Counted from the first letter of the stretch, positions 39,705-49,117 are shown. The stretch is 64,000 nucleotides of DNA from Candidatus Deferrimicrobiaceae bacterium (GCA_963792415.1 CAWBVY010000004.1:448001-512000); one strand, 5' to 3'. The notes: generated by a model from the letters alone, not told the origin. Translations and numbers: made by a program.

Positions 39705-40496
39705 TCAGGCGTTCTCCTTGCCCGGGTGCAGGCGGATTCCCGCGAGGTCCGCGACCGCCCGCGCGAGGGCGACAGGACTTTCCACGACCCTCGCCCCGGG
39801 GACGCGGGCGGCGTTGCCGACGGAGAAGGCGATCCCCTTCTTGCGGAGCACCCACCGCATCGCGACCGCGTCGTTCGCGTCGTCACCGGCGTACAGGATC
39901 CGGTCTTTCGAGGGATCGAACCCGACGATCTGGCAGATCGTACGGACGCCGAACGATTTGCTCACGTTGCGGAGCAGCTGCACCTCGGCCACGGAGGGCC
40001 CCCGGAACACCCGGATGTCCTGAATCCCCTCGAGCTCGTCGAGGAGGGGGGCCAGCAGGGGTACGACACCCGGGAGGACGTGCCGGTGGTGGACCGCGAC
40101 CGACCACCCCTTGTCCTCCACATCCACCCCGGGGATATGGGAGAGCCTGGTGAGGAGGGGGTCGAGGGTCGCCCGGACCTTCTCCTTGCGCGCTTCGAAC
40201 GGGTCCCCGGGGCGGATCCGATGTCCTCCGGGAAGACGCCACTCGAGCCCGCTGGCGCCCCCGAGGATGACGCGTGGCAGCGGGACGCGCTTCGCGAGGT
40301 CTTCGATCTCCCGGCTGGAGAGGATGACCACGAAGTGCGAGGGCATCCGGGCGAGTCCTTTCAGGAGTTCCCTGGATACCGGGTGGATCCGGGCCGCGTG
40401 GCGGTCCTCCACGATGGGGGAGAGGGTACCGTCGAAGTCGAAGACCCAGAGGAACCGGGTACCGGCTCCGATCGTTCCCGTTTGCCTCCCCTTCAT
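39705..40496 (-). CDS. otsB: Trehalose-6-phosphate phosphatase, second paralog
   Basis: FDFDGTLSPI, GGASGLEW..PGGHRI (shared with 6989-7777), VEDKGWSVAVHHR, YAGDDAND; AGGAG RBS. Confidence 0.88.
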   Translation of the reverse strand: MKGRQTGTIGAGTRFLWVFDFDGTLSPIVEDRHAARIHPVSRELLKGLARMPSHFVVILSSREIEDLAKRVPLPRVILGGASGLEWRLPGGHRIRPGDPFEARKEKVRATLDPLLTRLSHIPGVDVEDKGWSVAVHHRHVLPGVVPLLAPLLDELEGIQDIRVFRGPSVAEVQLLRNVSKSFGVRTICQIVGFDPSKDRILYAGDDANDAVAMRWVLRKKGIAFSVGNAARVPGARVVESPVALARAVADLAGIRLHPGKENA

Positions 40497-40537
40497 GCGG
40501 CAACTCCTTCCGGCGCGATATTTTGATGTAGTATATG

Positions 40538-40555
40538 TAACACAAATGATTTGTA
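40538..40555 (-). promoter_or_regulatory. Palindromic operator copy (otsB2-APC promoter)
   Basis: TAACACAAATGATTTGTA, 18/18 identical to 10631-10648; adjacent minus-strand -10-like TATCGT (40555-40560). Confidence 0.7.
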
Positions 40556-40629
40556 CGATACACGGATCCATGCGGAGGCAGTGAACAACCATCATGGCGG
40601 AGCGGGGCCTGACCGGAGGATATCGGGGG

Positions 40630-41865
40630 ATGCGAAAGACGTGGATCGCCGTGGCCGCGATTTCCGGCGCCGGGATCCTCGCCTTTTTCCTCGGTGCCCC
40701 CTCCCCGGGGCCGGCCCCGGGTTCCGTCGATCCCGGGAAAGATCCGCCGAGGGAGATCGTCGACACGGTCCGCAAGGGGGAAACCGTGGCGGGGATCTTC
40801 GAAAAGCACCACCTGGACATCGGCGAACTGTTCCGGATGCGGCAGGCCTCCGCGGGCATCCACCGGCTGAGGGATATTTCCGTCGGAAGGCCGTACACGA
40901 TCACCCTCGACCCGGACAACAACGTCCTCTCCCTCGCCTATCACATCAACGACGAGGAGATCCTGCGGATCTTCCGCTCGGATCCCGGCTTCCGGGCCGA
41001 CAAGGTGGCCATCGAATACGAGCGGCGGGTCGGCACGCTGGGCGGCGTCATCGAGTCGAATCTCGTCTCCTCTTTTCCCGAGGGCGGTCCGTCCGTGCTT
41101 CTGGCGATCGAGCTCTCCGACATCTTCTCCTGGGACGTGGACTTCAACACGGATTTCCGGAAAGGGGACACGTTCCGGATCCTGGTCGAGGAGCGATGGC
41201 TGGACGGCGCGTTCCGGAAATACGGCGACATCCTCGCGGCGGAACTCTCCGTGGACGGCCGCGTGTACCGGGCGTACCGCTTCGACGCGGGGGGGCGGCC
41301 GGACTACTTCGACGACGAGGGGAAGTCGCTGAGGAAGGCGTTCCTGAAGGCGCCGTTGAGCTACCGGAGGATCTCCTCGGGTTTCACGAAACGAAGGATG
41401 CACCCGATCCTGAAGATCGCGCGGCCTCATCTCGGCGTCGACTACGCTGCGCCGGCGGGCACCCCGGTTTCCACCGTCGGGGACGGCACCGTGACCTTCG
41501 CCGGGCGCAAGGGCCCGAACGGTAACCTCGTGGTCGTCCGGCACCCGAACGGGTACACGACGTCCTACGGACACCTCGCGCGGATCACGAAGGGGGTCCG
41601 GCGGGGCGCGGAGGTCCGGCAGGGGGACGTCATCGGGACGGTCGGCTCCACGGGGCGCGCGACCGGGCCCCACCTGGATTACCGTATCCGCCGGAACGGC
41701 ACGTTCCTGAACCCGTTGACCTTGAATCTCCCCAAAGGCGGGGCCGTCCCGCCGGACCGCATGGCGGACTTCCGGGGTGTTGCGGAGGCGTTCTCGCGGT
41801 CCCTGACCGCGATCTCCCCGACCTTGCACGCCAAGGCGGATCCTTCGGGGACCTCCGCGAAATAA
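40630..41865 (+). CDS. M23-family peptidoglycan DD-metalloendopeptidase (MepM-like); alternative start 40594
   Basis: N-terminal anchor, FSWDVDF, FLKAPL..RISSGF..RMHPI, HLGVDYAAP.GTPV, YGHL, GSTGRATGPHLDY. Confidence 0.92.
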   Translation: MRKTWIAVAAISGAGILAFFLGAPSPGPAPGSVDPGKDPPREIVDTVRKGETVAGIFEKHHLDIGELFRMRQASAGIHRLRDISVGRPYTITLDPDNNVLSLAYHINDEEILRIFRSDPGFRADKVAIEYERRVGTLGGVIESNLVSSFPEGGPSVLLAIELSDIFSWDVDFNTDFRKGDTFRILVEERWLDGAFRKYGDILAAELSVDGRVYRAYRFDAGGRPDYFDDEGKSLRKAFLKAPLSYRRISSGFTKRRMHPILKIARPHLGVDYAAPAGTPVSTVGDGTVTFAGRKGPNGNLVVVRHPNGYTTSYGHLARITKGVRRGAEVRQGDVIGTVGSTGRATGPHLDYRIRRNGTFLNPLTLNLPKGGAVPPDRMADFRGVAEAFSRSLTAISPTLHAKADPSGTSAK

Positions 41866-41903
41866 TCCGGCCTCGCTGCGCAAGGAATGGTGCGGATCCG
41901 TCC

Positions 41904-41932
41904 TTGAAATGGGCCCCGGGTTCCCGTAGAAT
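41904..41932 (+). promoter_or_regulatory. Sigma70 promoter of SRP RNA / dnaX operon
   Basis: TTGAAA-N17-TAGAAT. Confidence 0.75.
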
Positions 41933-41973
41933 CATCCTCTTTGCGACACGCGATCGACCGGCCGGATGCCCTC

Positions 41974-42100
41974 CGCGGGTGCGCCGGCGGCCAGGCCCGC
42001 CGCAACGGAAGTCGGCGAACCCCGTCAGGTCCGGAAGGAAGCAGCGGCAGCCGCACATCTCCGTGTGCCGGCGGCACACCTGGCCGCCGGCGGACCCGCG
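41974..42100 (+). ncRNA. ffs: Small SRP RNA (4.5S)
   Basis: Conserved helix 8 GTCAGGTCCGGAAGGAAGCAGC inside a long closing stem CGCGGGT-CGCCGGCGGCCAGG / CCTGGCCGCCGGCG-ACCCGCG; upstream of dnaX. Confidence 0.95.
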
Positions 42101-42108
42101 CCCCACCA

Positions 42109-42322
42109 CGAGCTTCGCGCTGGCGGGGTACCCCCGCTGCAGGAAGGAAGAACGAGGGGGCAGGAGCGAAAGCGCTGAACCTGCGGGGCGCGAATGCGAG
42201 ACCGGCGGAGCCCCCGCTCCGAGGCGCCGCCCCACCCCACCTCGAGCTTCGCGCCGGCGGGGTACCCCCGACGGGAGTAGGCAAGGGGGCAATACGAGCT
42301 TCGCGCTGCTGGGGTACCCCCG
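42109..42322 (+). repeat. Three direct copies of a 28-bp REP-like element
   Basis: CGAGCTTCGCGCYGSYGGGGTACCCCCG at 42109-42136, 42243-42270 and 42295-42322; more copies at 51756-51783 (inverted) and 54534-54561. Confidence 0.85.
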
Positions 42323-42405
42323 CAGTAGGGAGAACGGGGGGCACAGACGGTAAAGGTGCTGCGGAAGCGCTCGTTCAATTCGCAGGGGGGGGGGACACGG
42401 TACCG

Positions 42406-44247
42406 ATGGCCTACGAGGCGCTCGCGCGGAAGTGGCGCCCGAAGACGTTCGAGGAGATCGTCGGGCAGGGGCACGTCACCCGCGCCCTCGCCAACGCCAT
42501 CTCCTCGGGGAAAATCCACCACGCCTACCTGTTCTCCGGAACCCGCGGCGTCGGCAAGACCACCTTCGCCCGGATCCTCGCCCGGGCGCTCAACTGCGAT
42601 AAGGGGCCCACCCCCGCGCCGTGCCTCACCTGCCCCTCGTGTTCGGAGGTCGGCTCGGGGACCGACGTCCAGGAGATCGACGGGGCCTCCAACACCGGCA
42701 TCGACGACATCCGCAGCCTGCGCGAGAACGCCGCCTACGCCCCCTCCCGCCTCCGGTACAAGGTCTACATCATCGACGAGGTCCACATGCTGTCGAAGCA
42801 GGCCTTCAACGGGCTGCTGAAGACGCTCGAGGAGCCGCCTCCCCACGTGGTGTTCATCCTCGCCACCACCGAGCCCAACCGGATCCCCGACACGATCCTC
42901 TCCCGCGTGCAGCGGTTCGATTTCCGCATGCTGACCGACGCCGAAGTCCGTGGGCGGCTGTCGGAGATGGCGCGCGCGGAAGGGATCACCGCCGAGGAGG
43001 ACGCCCTCGCCCTCATGGCGCGGTACGCCTTCGGTTCGATGCGCGACGGGCAATCCCTCTTCGAACAGGCGGCGGTTTCCGGCGGAGGGAGCGTCACCGC
43101 CGCGCTGGTCGAAGGGATGCTCGGGCTGGTCGGGGTCGAGGCGGCGATCGACCTCGTCTCCGCGGCCGTCCTCGACGGCGCGGGGGCGGCCCTGACCAGG
43201 TTCGCTGCCCTGCTCTCCCGTGGCGCGGATCTCAAGTACCTGTTCCTTTCCCTGATCGACGTCCTGCGCGACACGGCGGTCCTCTCCTTCACCGGGCAGG
43301 AATCGCTCCTCTTCCGGCACTCCCCCGCGTCCCTCGACCGGATGCGGGAGCTGACGGCGCGCCGCAACAGGGAGGAGTGGATGCTCCTCCTCGACATCGC
43401 GTTCCGGTCCGAGCGGGACGTGCTGGCGACCGAATTCCCGCACCTCGGGTTCGAGCTGCTCCTGCTGCGCCTCGCCAACGCCCAGGGGCTGCTCTCCGTC
43501 CAGGCGCTCGACCTGTCCGCAGACTTGTCCTCCGGCTTGTCCTCCGGCTTGTCCTCCGGCTTGTCCTCCGTAGCGGCGCGAGCCGCGAAGGAGGAAGCGG
43601 CGCGAGCCGCGAAGGAGGAAGCGGCGCGAGCCGCGAAGGAGGAAGCGGCGCGAGCCGCGAAGTCGGAGGCGGTCGCGCAAAAGGCATCCGCTCCGCCGCC
43701 CGCGACGTTCTCCCGCAAGCCGGCCCCCCGTGTCGACCCCCAGGTTTCCGCCACCCCCGAAGCCGGAGGCGGCCTCACAAAGGACATCGGCGAAGGCGCC
43801 GGGCTCTGGGACGCCGTGCGGCGCAATCTCGAGAAGAGGAAAAAGACCGTCCTGCTCGGCCTCCTTTCGCAGATGCGGGGAGAGCTTCGGGAGGGCGAAT
43901 TCGTCATCACCTGCGACCACGAGATGATGCTCGACCGGTTGAAGGAGAAGGACAAGTGGGAGCCGCTCCTCGCCGCCCTCGAGGAAGCGGCCGGGCGCCC
44001 CGTGCCGGTGCGGTTGTCGGTTTCCACGGAAAAAAAAAGCCCGGAGCCTGACGCCGTAGCCCCGGGGGACGCAGGCCTCGAGCGAAAAGCGCTCGAGGAG
44101 CCGACCGTCCTGGAGATATTGCGGATCTTCGAGGGATCGATGCTGGTCAAGGTGCAGCCCGCGCCCGCGGCCCCGCGGAACGAAGCAGCGGCGGACGAGG
44201 ATGCGGGGGAGCCGGAGATCCCGGAAGCGGCGGAGGAGGCGGAATGA
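42406..44247 (+). CDS. dnaX: DNA polymerase III subunit gamma/tau
   Basis: MAYEALARKWRPKTF, GTRGVGKTT (Walker A), zinc module, IDEVHMLS, LLKTLEEPP, TILSR. Confidence 0.97.
   Translation: MAYEALARKWRPKTFEEIVGQGHVTRALANAISSGKIHHAYLFSGTRGVGKTTFARILARALNCDKGPTPAPCLTCPSCSEVGSGTDVQEIDGASNTGIDDIRSLRENAAYAPSRLRYKVYIIDEVHMLSKQAFNGLLKTLEEPPPHVVFILATTEPNRIPDTILSRVQRFDFRMLTDAEVRGRLSEMARAEGITAEEDALALMARYAFGSMRDGQSLFEQAAVSGGGSVTAALVEGMLGLVGVEAAIDLVSAAVLDGAGAALTRFAALLSRGADLKYLFLSLIDVLRDTAVLSFTGQESLLFRHSPASLDRMRELTARRNREEWMLLLDIAFRSERDVLATEFPHLGFELLLLRLANAQGLLSVQALDLSADLSSGLSSGLSSGLSSVAARAAKEEAARAAKEEAARAAKEEAARAAKSEAVAQKASAPPPATFSRKPAPRVDPQVSATPEAGGGLTKDIGEGAGLWDAVRRNLEKRKKTVLLGLLSQMRGELREGEFVITCDHEMMLDRLKEKDKWEPLLAALEEAAGRPVPVRLSVSTEKKSPEPDAVAPGDAGLERKALEEPTVLEILRIFEGSMLVKVQPAPAAPRNEAAADEDAGEPEIPEAAEEAE
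43512..43668 (+). repeat. In-frame tandem repeats within dnaX
   Basis: 12-bp CTTGTCCTCCGG about 4 times (LSSG) then 24-bp GCGGCGCGAGCCGCGAAGGAGGAA about 3.7 times (AARAAKEE). Confidence 0.9.
44030..44038 (+). other. A9 slippage/frameshift candidate site in dnaX
   Basis: GAA AAA AAA AGC; the -1 frame stops at TGA 44049-44051 and the +1 frame at TAG 44057-44059. Confidence 0.65.
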
Positions 44248-44555
44248 CGGACTTCAAGGACCTGATGCGGCAGGCGCAGGAGGTGCGCGACCGGTTCCAG
44301 CGCCTCCAGGAGGAGTTGGGCGGGCGCACCGTCGAGGGGTCGGCGGGAGGCGGGATGGTGGTGGCCGTCATGAACGGCCGCCAGGAACTCCTCTACGTGC
44401 GGATCGAGAAGGAAGTGGTTTCCCCCGACGACGTCGGGATGCTGCAGGACCTGGTCCGCGCGGCGGTGAACGACGCCCTCGCCCGCTCCCGGGAGGTGGC
44501 TGCCGCCGAGATGGCGAAGGTCACGGGCGGGATGCTGCCGCCGGGGATCCTGTGA
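44244..44555 (+). CDS. ybaB: YbaB/EbfC nucleoid-associated protein
   Basis: LMRQAQ, VEGSAGGGMV, MLQDLVRAAVNDA; between dnaX and recR. Confidence 0.95.
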   Translation: MTDFKDLMRQAQEVRDRFQRLQEELGGRTVEGSAGGGMVVAVMNGRQELLYVRIEKEVVSPDDVGMLQDLVRAAVNDALARSREVAAAEMAKVTGGMLPPGIL

Positions 44556-45154
44556 CCGCCGTCTATCCGAAACCGCTGCGCCGCCTCGTCCTCCTCCTCT
44601 CCCGCCTCCCCGGGATCGGGGAGAAGACGGCCACGCGCCTGGCGATGTTCCTCCTGAAGATGCCGCCCGAGTTCGTCCGCGAGCTGGGGGCGGCCATCGC
44701 CGGGATTCCGGAATCCGTGACAAAATGCTCGAAATGTTTTAACATTGCGGACGAGGACCCTTGTGCTTTCTGCGCGGACCCCGCGCGCCGGGATGACCTG
44801 ATCTGCGTCGTTGAAGGTCCCACCGATATCGTCCCGATCGAAAAAAGCGGGGAGTTCAAGGGGAGGTACCACGTCCTCGGCGGGGCGATCTCGCCGATCG
44901 ACGGCGTCATGCCGGACGACCTCCGGGTGCGGGAGCTCCTGGAGCGGACGGTTCGCGGCGGTGTTTCCGAGGTGATCCTGGCGACAAACCTCACGGCGGA
45001 GGGGGAGACCACGGCGTCCTACCTCGCCGAGGTCCTCAAGGCACGGAACATCCGCGTGAGCCGGATCGCCTACGGGCTCCCCATGGGAGCGGACCTCGAA
45101 TACGCCGACGAGATCACCGTCGGCCGGGCGATGAAGGGGCGACGCGAACTGTGA
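44552..45154 (+). CDS. recR: Recombination mediator RecR
   Basis: LPGIGEKTA, CxxC..CxxC, ICVVE, YHVLGGAISPIDG, EVILAT..EGETTA, SRIAYGLPMG. Confidence 0.96.
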   Translation: MTAVYPKPLRRLVLLLSRLPGIGEKTATRLAMFLLKMPPEFVRELGAAIAGIPESVTKCSKCFNIADEDPCAFCADPARRDDLICVVEGPTDIVPIEKSGEFKGRYHVLGGAISPIDGVMPDDLRVRELLERTVRGGVSEVILATNLTAEGETTASYLAEVLKARNIRVSRIAYGLPMGADLEYADEITVGRAMKGRREL

Positions 45155-45200
45155 ATCGACCGATACGCACCGGAATATTCAAACGAGAGGGGCAGGGAAG

Positions 45201-46220
45201 ATGACCCAGAGCGGCAAGGCGGTGAAACTACCGGTGAAGAACGATCTCGGGTTCTTCGAGATCCGGATGGAGAGCATCGGCGGGTTGGGCGCGAACGTGG
45301 CCGGGAAGATCCTCACCGAGGCGGCGATCATCGGGATGGGGATGAACGGCGCCGGGTTCGCCTCGTACGGTTCGGAGAAGAAGGGGACGCCGGTCAAGGG
45401 GTTCGTGCGGATCTGCGAGGGCGACCAGAAGGTCCGGATCAACAGCCCGGTCGAGGAACCGCACGTCCTCGCGATCTTCCACGAGGCGCTGGCGAAATCG
45501 GTCCCCGTGACCGCGGGCGCGGTCCCCGGCAAGACGGTCGTGATCCTGAACACCCGGAGGACGCCGGCGGAGGCGCGGGACTTCCTGAAGCTCGAGGGCG
45601 GGAAGGTCGGCGTGGTCGACGCGATGGAGATCGCCATGGCGACCGGCTCCCGCGTGAACATGGTGATGATGGGCGCCATCATGAAGGCCGCCGGCTTCTA
45701 CGAATGGAAGGCGGTCGAGGAGACGGTCCTGGCCCAGTTCGGGAAGAAGTACGCCTCCCTGATGAAATCGAACATGGAGGCGTTGAAGCGCGGGTTCGAC
45801 GAGGTCGCGTTCGGGGAGTTCCCGGCCGACGGCAAGTACCCGGCGACGCCGTTCACGCGCGAAGAGCCGAAACTCGGCTACGAGACGGCGCCGATCGGCG
45901 GGACGATCTACTCGGTCGGGAACATGCGCTTCAAGGACCTCTCCACCAGCCGCACGGGAACGATCCCCCTCTTCACTCTCGACAAGTGTGTCCGGTGCGG
46001 GGAGTGCGACATCACCTGCCCCGACTACTGCTTCGTGTGGGAGAAGGGGAAGGACCCGAAGACCGGCAAGGACGGGATGGTCCTGCTCGGGATCGACTAC
46101 CAGTACTGCAAGGGGTGCCTGCGGTGCACCCACATCTGCAAGTTTGACGCCCTGGTTCCCGCCAAGGAAGCCGAGCAGGACATGGACAGGATCACCGTCA
46201 AGCACAAGTTCCTGAAGTAA
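45201..46220 (+). CDS. 2-oxoacid:ferredoxin oxidoreductase, gamma-delta fusion subunit
   Basis: EIRMESIGGLGA, YGSEKKGTPV, NMVMMGA; C-terminal 2x[4Fe-4S] CVRCGECDITCPD and YCKGCLRCTHIC. Confidence 0.9.
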   Translation: MTQSGKAVKLPVKNDLGFFEIRMESIGGLGANVAGKILTEAAIIGMGMNGAGFASYGSEKKGTPVKGFVRICEGDQKVRINSPVEEPHVLAIFHEALAKSVPVTAGAVPGKTVVILNTRRTPAEARDFLKLEGGKVGVVDAMEIAMATGSRVNMVMMGAIMKAAGFYEWKAVEETVLAQFGKKYASLMKSNMEALKRGFDEVAFGEFPADGKYPATPFTREEPKLGYETAPIGGTIYSVGNMRFKDLSTSRTGTIPLFTLDKCVRCGECDITCPDYCFVWEKGKDPKTGKDGMVLLGIDYQYCKGCLRCTHICKFDALVPAKEAEQDMDRITVKHKFLK

Positions 46221-46251
46221 CGATTTTCTCGAAACCATAAGGAGAAGGCGA

Positions 46252-48528
46252 ATGGCGCAGACGGCGAAGAAGCAGAGCGGACGCCCCGCCCAGACGATGG
46301 TCGTCCAGAGCGGCAACGAGATCGCGGCGACGGCGGCCAAGCAGATCAACTACCACATCATGGGGTACTACCCCATCACCCCCTCGACCGAGGTCGCCGA
46401 GACCCTCGACGCGATGAAGGCGGAGGGGGAGCACACCATACGGATGATCCCGGGCGACGGGGAGCACGGCGCCGCGGGGATCTGCTTCGGCGCGAGCACG
46501 GCGGGGGGGCGCGTCTTCAACGCCACCTCGGCGAACGGGCTCCTGTTCGCTTTCGAGCAGCTCCCGGTCCAGTCCGGGGAGCGGTTCCCGATGGTGTTCA
46601 ACATCGTCACCCGCGCGGTGTCCGGCCCCCTCGACATCCGGGGCGACCACAGCGACATCATGCTGGCGATGAACACCGGCTGGATCGCCCTGATGGCCGC
46701 GGACGCCCAGGCGGTCTACGACATGAACGTGATGGCCCCGAAGATCGGCGAGGAGATGTCGGTCCGCCTCCCGGTGTTCGTCGCCTTCGACGGCTTCTTC
46801 ACCTCCCACCAGAAGCGCCGCGTGGAGATCTTCGCCGACGACCAGGTGGTGCGCGACTTCCTCGGGCCGTTCGTCCCCACGGTCTCTTCGGTCGACATGA
46901 AGAATCCGGTCACCATCGGGCCGTACATGAACGACCCGGACCAGATCAACAACAAGAAGCAGCAGTCCGACGCGATCGTCCGCTCCTACGACGTGATCCG
47001 GAAGGTCTTCGCCGAATACGAGGCCCTCTCCGGCCGCCGCTACGACCTGGTCGAAGGGTACCGGATGGAGGACGCCGAGGCGGCGCTCTTCATCCTGAAC
47101 TCCGCCGCCGAGACCGCGAAGGAGGCGGTCGACGCGCTGCGGAAGGAGGGGCGGAAGGTCGGCCTGGTCCGGCCCAATGTCATCCGGCCGTTCCCGATCG
47201 AGGAGGTGCGCGCGCTCCTGAAAAACGTGAAGGGGCTGGTGGTCGCCGACCGCCAGGACAACTTCGGCGGGTGGGGCGGCGCGATGGCGATCGAGGTGAA
47301 GGCGGCGCTGCAGGGATTGAAGGGGAACGCGACCCAGGTCGCCGCCCGCGTGTACGGCACCGGAGGGAAGGAGTTCTTCGTCGAGGACGCGGCGGCGATG
47401 CTGCGCGAGGCGCTGGAGATCGCGAAGACCGGCGCGGTGGAGGTCCCGTACGCCTACTTCGGGGCCAACCCGGGGGACCCGTCCCACAAGCCCGCCAAGG
47501 CGTTCGACCCCATCACCGAGGCGGAGGCCTCGGGCCTGATCCGGGTCGAGACGACGCCGGAAGGGAAGATGGAGGTCAAGGGGAACGTCCTGCGGAACCT
47601 CACGGAGCGGCCCAAGCGGATCAGCCCGGGCCACGGCGCCTGCCCCGGCTGCGGCATCTTCGTCAACTTGAACACCTTCATGAAGGGGATCGAGGGGCAC
47701 GCGGTGGTCCTCTTCCACACCGGCTGCGGGATGGTGGTCACCACCGGCTACCCGTACACCGCGCACAAGATCACCTACATCCACAACCTGTTCCAGAACG
47801 GGGCGGCGACCCTCTCCGGCGTGGTGGAGATGTTCGCGGAGCGCAAGGTCCGCGGCGAGATCCCGAAGGACGAGAAGATCACCTTCATCATGGTCACCGG
47901 CGACGGCGGGCACGACATCGGGATGGGGCCGTCCATCGGCGCCGCGATGCGGAACCACCGGATGATCATCTGCGAATATGACAACCAGGGGTACCAGAAC
48001 ACGGGCTCGCAGCTCTCCTTCACCGTCCCATTGGCGCAGTCCACCTCGACCTCCAACTACGGTCCGCACCAGCACGGCAAGGCCACGCACCACAAGGATA
48101 CGGCCCAGATCTTCGCGGCGTGCCACGTCCCGTACGTCTGCACGGTGGCCGAGAGCAACCCGCGCGACATGATCCGCAAGGCGGCAAAGGCCCAGAAGTA
48201 CGCGGACGAGGGGCTGGTCTTCGTGAAGATGATCTCCATGTGCCCGCTGGCGTGGAAGACGGAGGAGCGGATGTCCGTTCCGATCATCCAGGCGTCGGTC
48301 GACAGCTGCTTCTTCCCGCTCTACGAGGTCGAGCACGGGATCACGACGCTCAGCTACGACCCGGAGGAGAAGGGGAAGAAGGTCCCCGTCACCGAATGGC
48401 TGAAGCACATGGGGAAGACGAAGCACATGCTGAAGCCGGACTGCAAGCCCGAGCTCGACCGGTTCCAGGCCGAGGTCGACCGGCGCTGGGTCCGCCTCAA
48501 GGAGATGCACAAGAACCCGCTGCTGTAA
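46252..48528 (+). CDS. 2-oxoacid (probably pyruvate):ferredoxin oxidoreductase, alpha-beta fusion subunit
   Basis: SGNE, GYYPITPSTE, DGFFTSH (alpha); GHGACPGCG, TGC, GDGG..DIG..YDNQGYQNTG TPP-binding motif, MCP (beta). Confidence 0.92.
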   Translation: MAQTAKKQSGRPAQTMVVQSGNEIAATAAKQINYHIMGYYPITPSTEVAETLDAMKAEGEHTIRMIPGDGEHGAAGICFGASTAGGRVFNATSANGLLFAFEQLPVQSGERFPMVFNIVTRAVSGPLDIRGDHSDIMLAMNTGWIALMAADAQAVYDMNVMAPKIGEEMSVRLPVFVAFDGFFTSHQKRRVEIFADDQVVRDFLGPFVPTVSSVDMKNPVTIGPYMNDPDQINNKKQQSDAIVRSYDVIRKVFAEYEALSGRRYDLVEGYRMEDAEAALFILNSAAETAKEAVDALRKEGRKVGLVRPNVIRPFPIEEVRALLKNVKGLVVADRQDNFGGWGGAMAIEVKAALQGLKGNATQVAARVYGTGGKEFFVEDAAAMLREALEIAKTGAVEVPYAYFGANPGDPSHKPAKAFDPITEAEASGLIRVETTPEGKMEVKGNVLRNLTERPKRISPGHGACPGCGIFVNLNTFMKGIEGHAVVLFHTGCGMVVTTGYPYTAHKITYIHNLFQNGAATLSGVVEMFAERKVRGEIPKDEKITFIMVTGDGGHDIGMGPSIGAAMRNHRMIICEYDNQGYQNTGSQLSFTVPLAQSTSTSNYGPHQHGKATHHKDTAQIFAACHVPYVCTVAESNPRDMIRKAAKAQKYADEGLVFVKMISMCPLAWKTEERMSVPIIQASVDSCFFPLYEVEHGITTLSYDPEEKGKKVPVTEWLKHMGKTKHMLKPDCKPELDRFQAEVDRRWVRLKEMHKNPLL

Positions 48529-48612
48529 TCGCGGGATCGGGACACCGAATCCACACGCGCGGGGGAGGGGGGCGGCTTTTTCTTTCGGGGGCCGTGTGAT
48601 ATCTTTTCGCCT

Positions 48613-49086
48613 ATGAGCCACGTAAATTTTTCCCTCCGGGAGCCGGAATACGAGGCGCTTCTTTCGGTCCTTCGGAAACTGCTGGTGGACGCCTCCGCGA
48701 AGGTCGTCTTCCTGGTCGACAAGGACGGCACCCTCCTCGCTTCCGCCGGGGATGCCGCCGGGTTCGACACGACGTCCCTGGCCTCCCTCGCCGCGGGGAA
48801 CATCGCCGCCACCGGGGGGCTCGCCAACCTCATTGGCGAAAAGGAATTCTCGATCCTCTTCCACGAGGGGGAGCGGGACAACATGCACCTCTCCGTCGTG
48901 GCGGACCGCCTCATCCTCGTGGTCGTCTTCGACCGGCGCTCCTCGGTCGGCCTGGTCCGCCTGCGCGTCCGACAGGCCTCGGAGCGCTTCAAGGACGTCA
49001 TGGTGGAGGCGCTTGCCGCCAGCGACGCGGAGGCCGAGGGAGTCGAGGAGTTGACCGAAGCCGACATCGAGAGTCTTTTCAAGTGA
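48613..49086 (+). CDS. mglB: Roadblock/LC7 protein MglB (GAP for MglA)
   Basis: FLVDKDG, DTTSLASLAAGNIAATGGLA.LIGEKEFSILFHEGERDNMH, SSVGLVRLRV. Confidence 0.94.
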   Translation: MSHVNFSLREPEYEALLSVLRKLLVDASAKVVFLVDKDGTLLASAGDAAGFDTTSLASLAAGNIAATGGLANLIGEKEFSILFHEGERDNMHLSVVADRLILVVVFDRRSSVGLVRLRVRQASERFKDVMVEALAASDAEAEGVEELTEADIESLFK

Positions 49087-49117
49087 GATCGCGCAATTTG
49101 TTCCCGGACAGGGCCTG

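Noticed and set aside
42109-42322. Three 28-bp direct repeats as a possible CRISPR array
   Set aside because: Spacing is irregular (134 and 52 bp), copies are degenerate and dispersed elsewhere, and there are no cas genes; better explained as REP-like elements.
41941-42405. N-terminal extension of DnaX in the ORF track
   Set aside because: It spans the SRP RNA and repeats; conserved DnaX starts at MAYEALARKWRP (42406).
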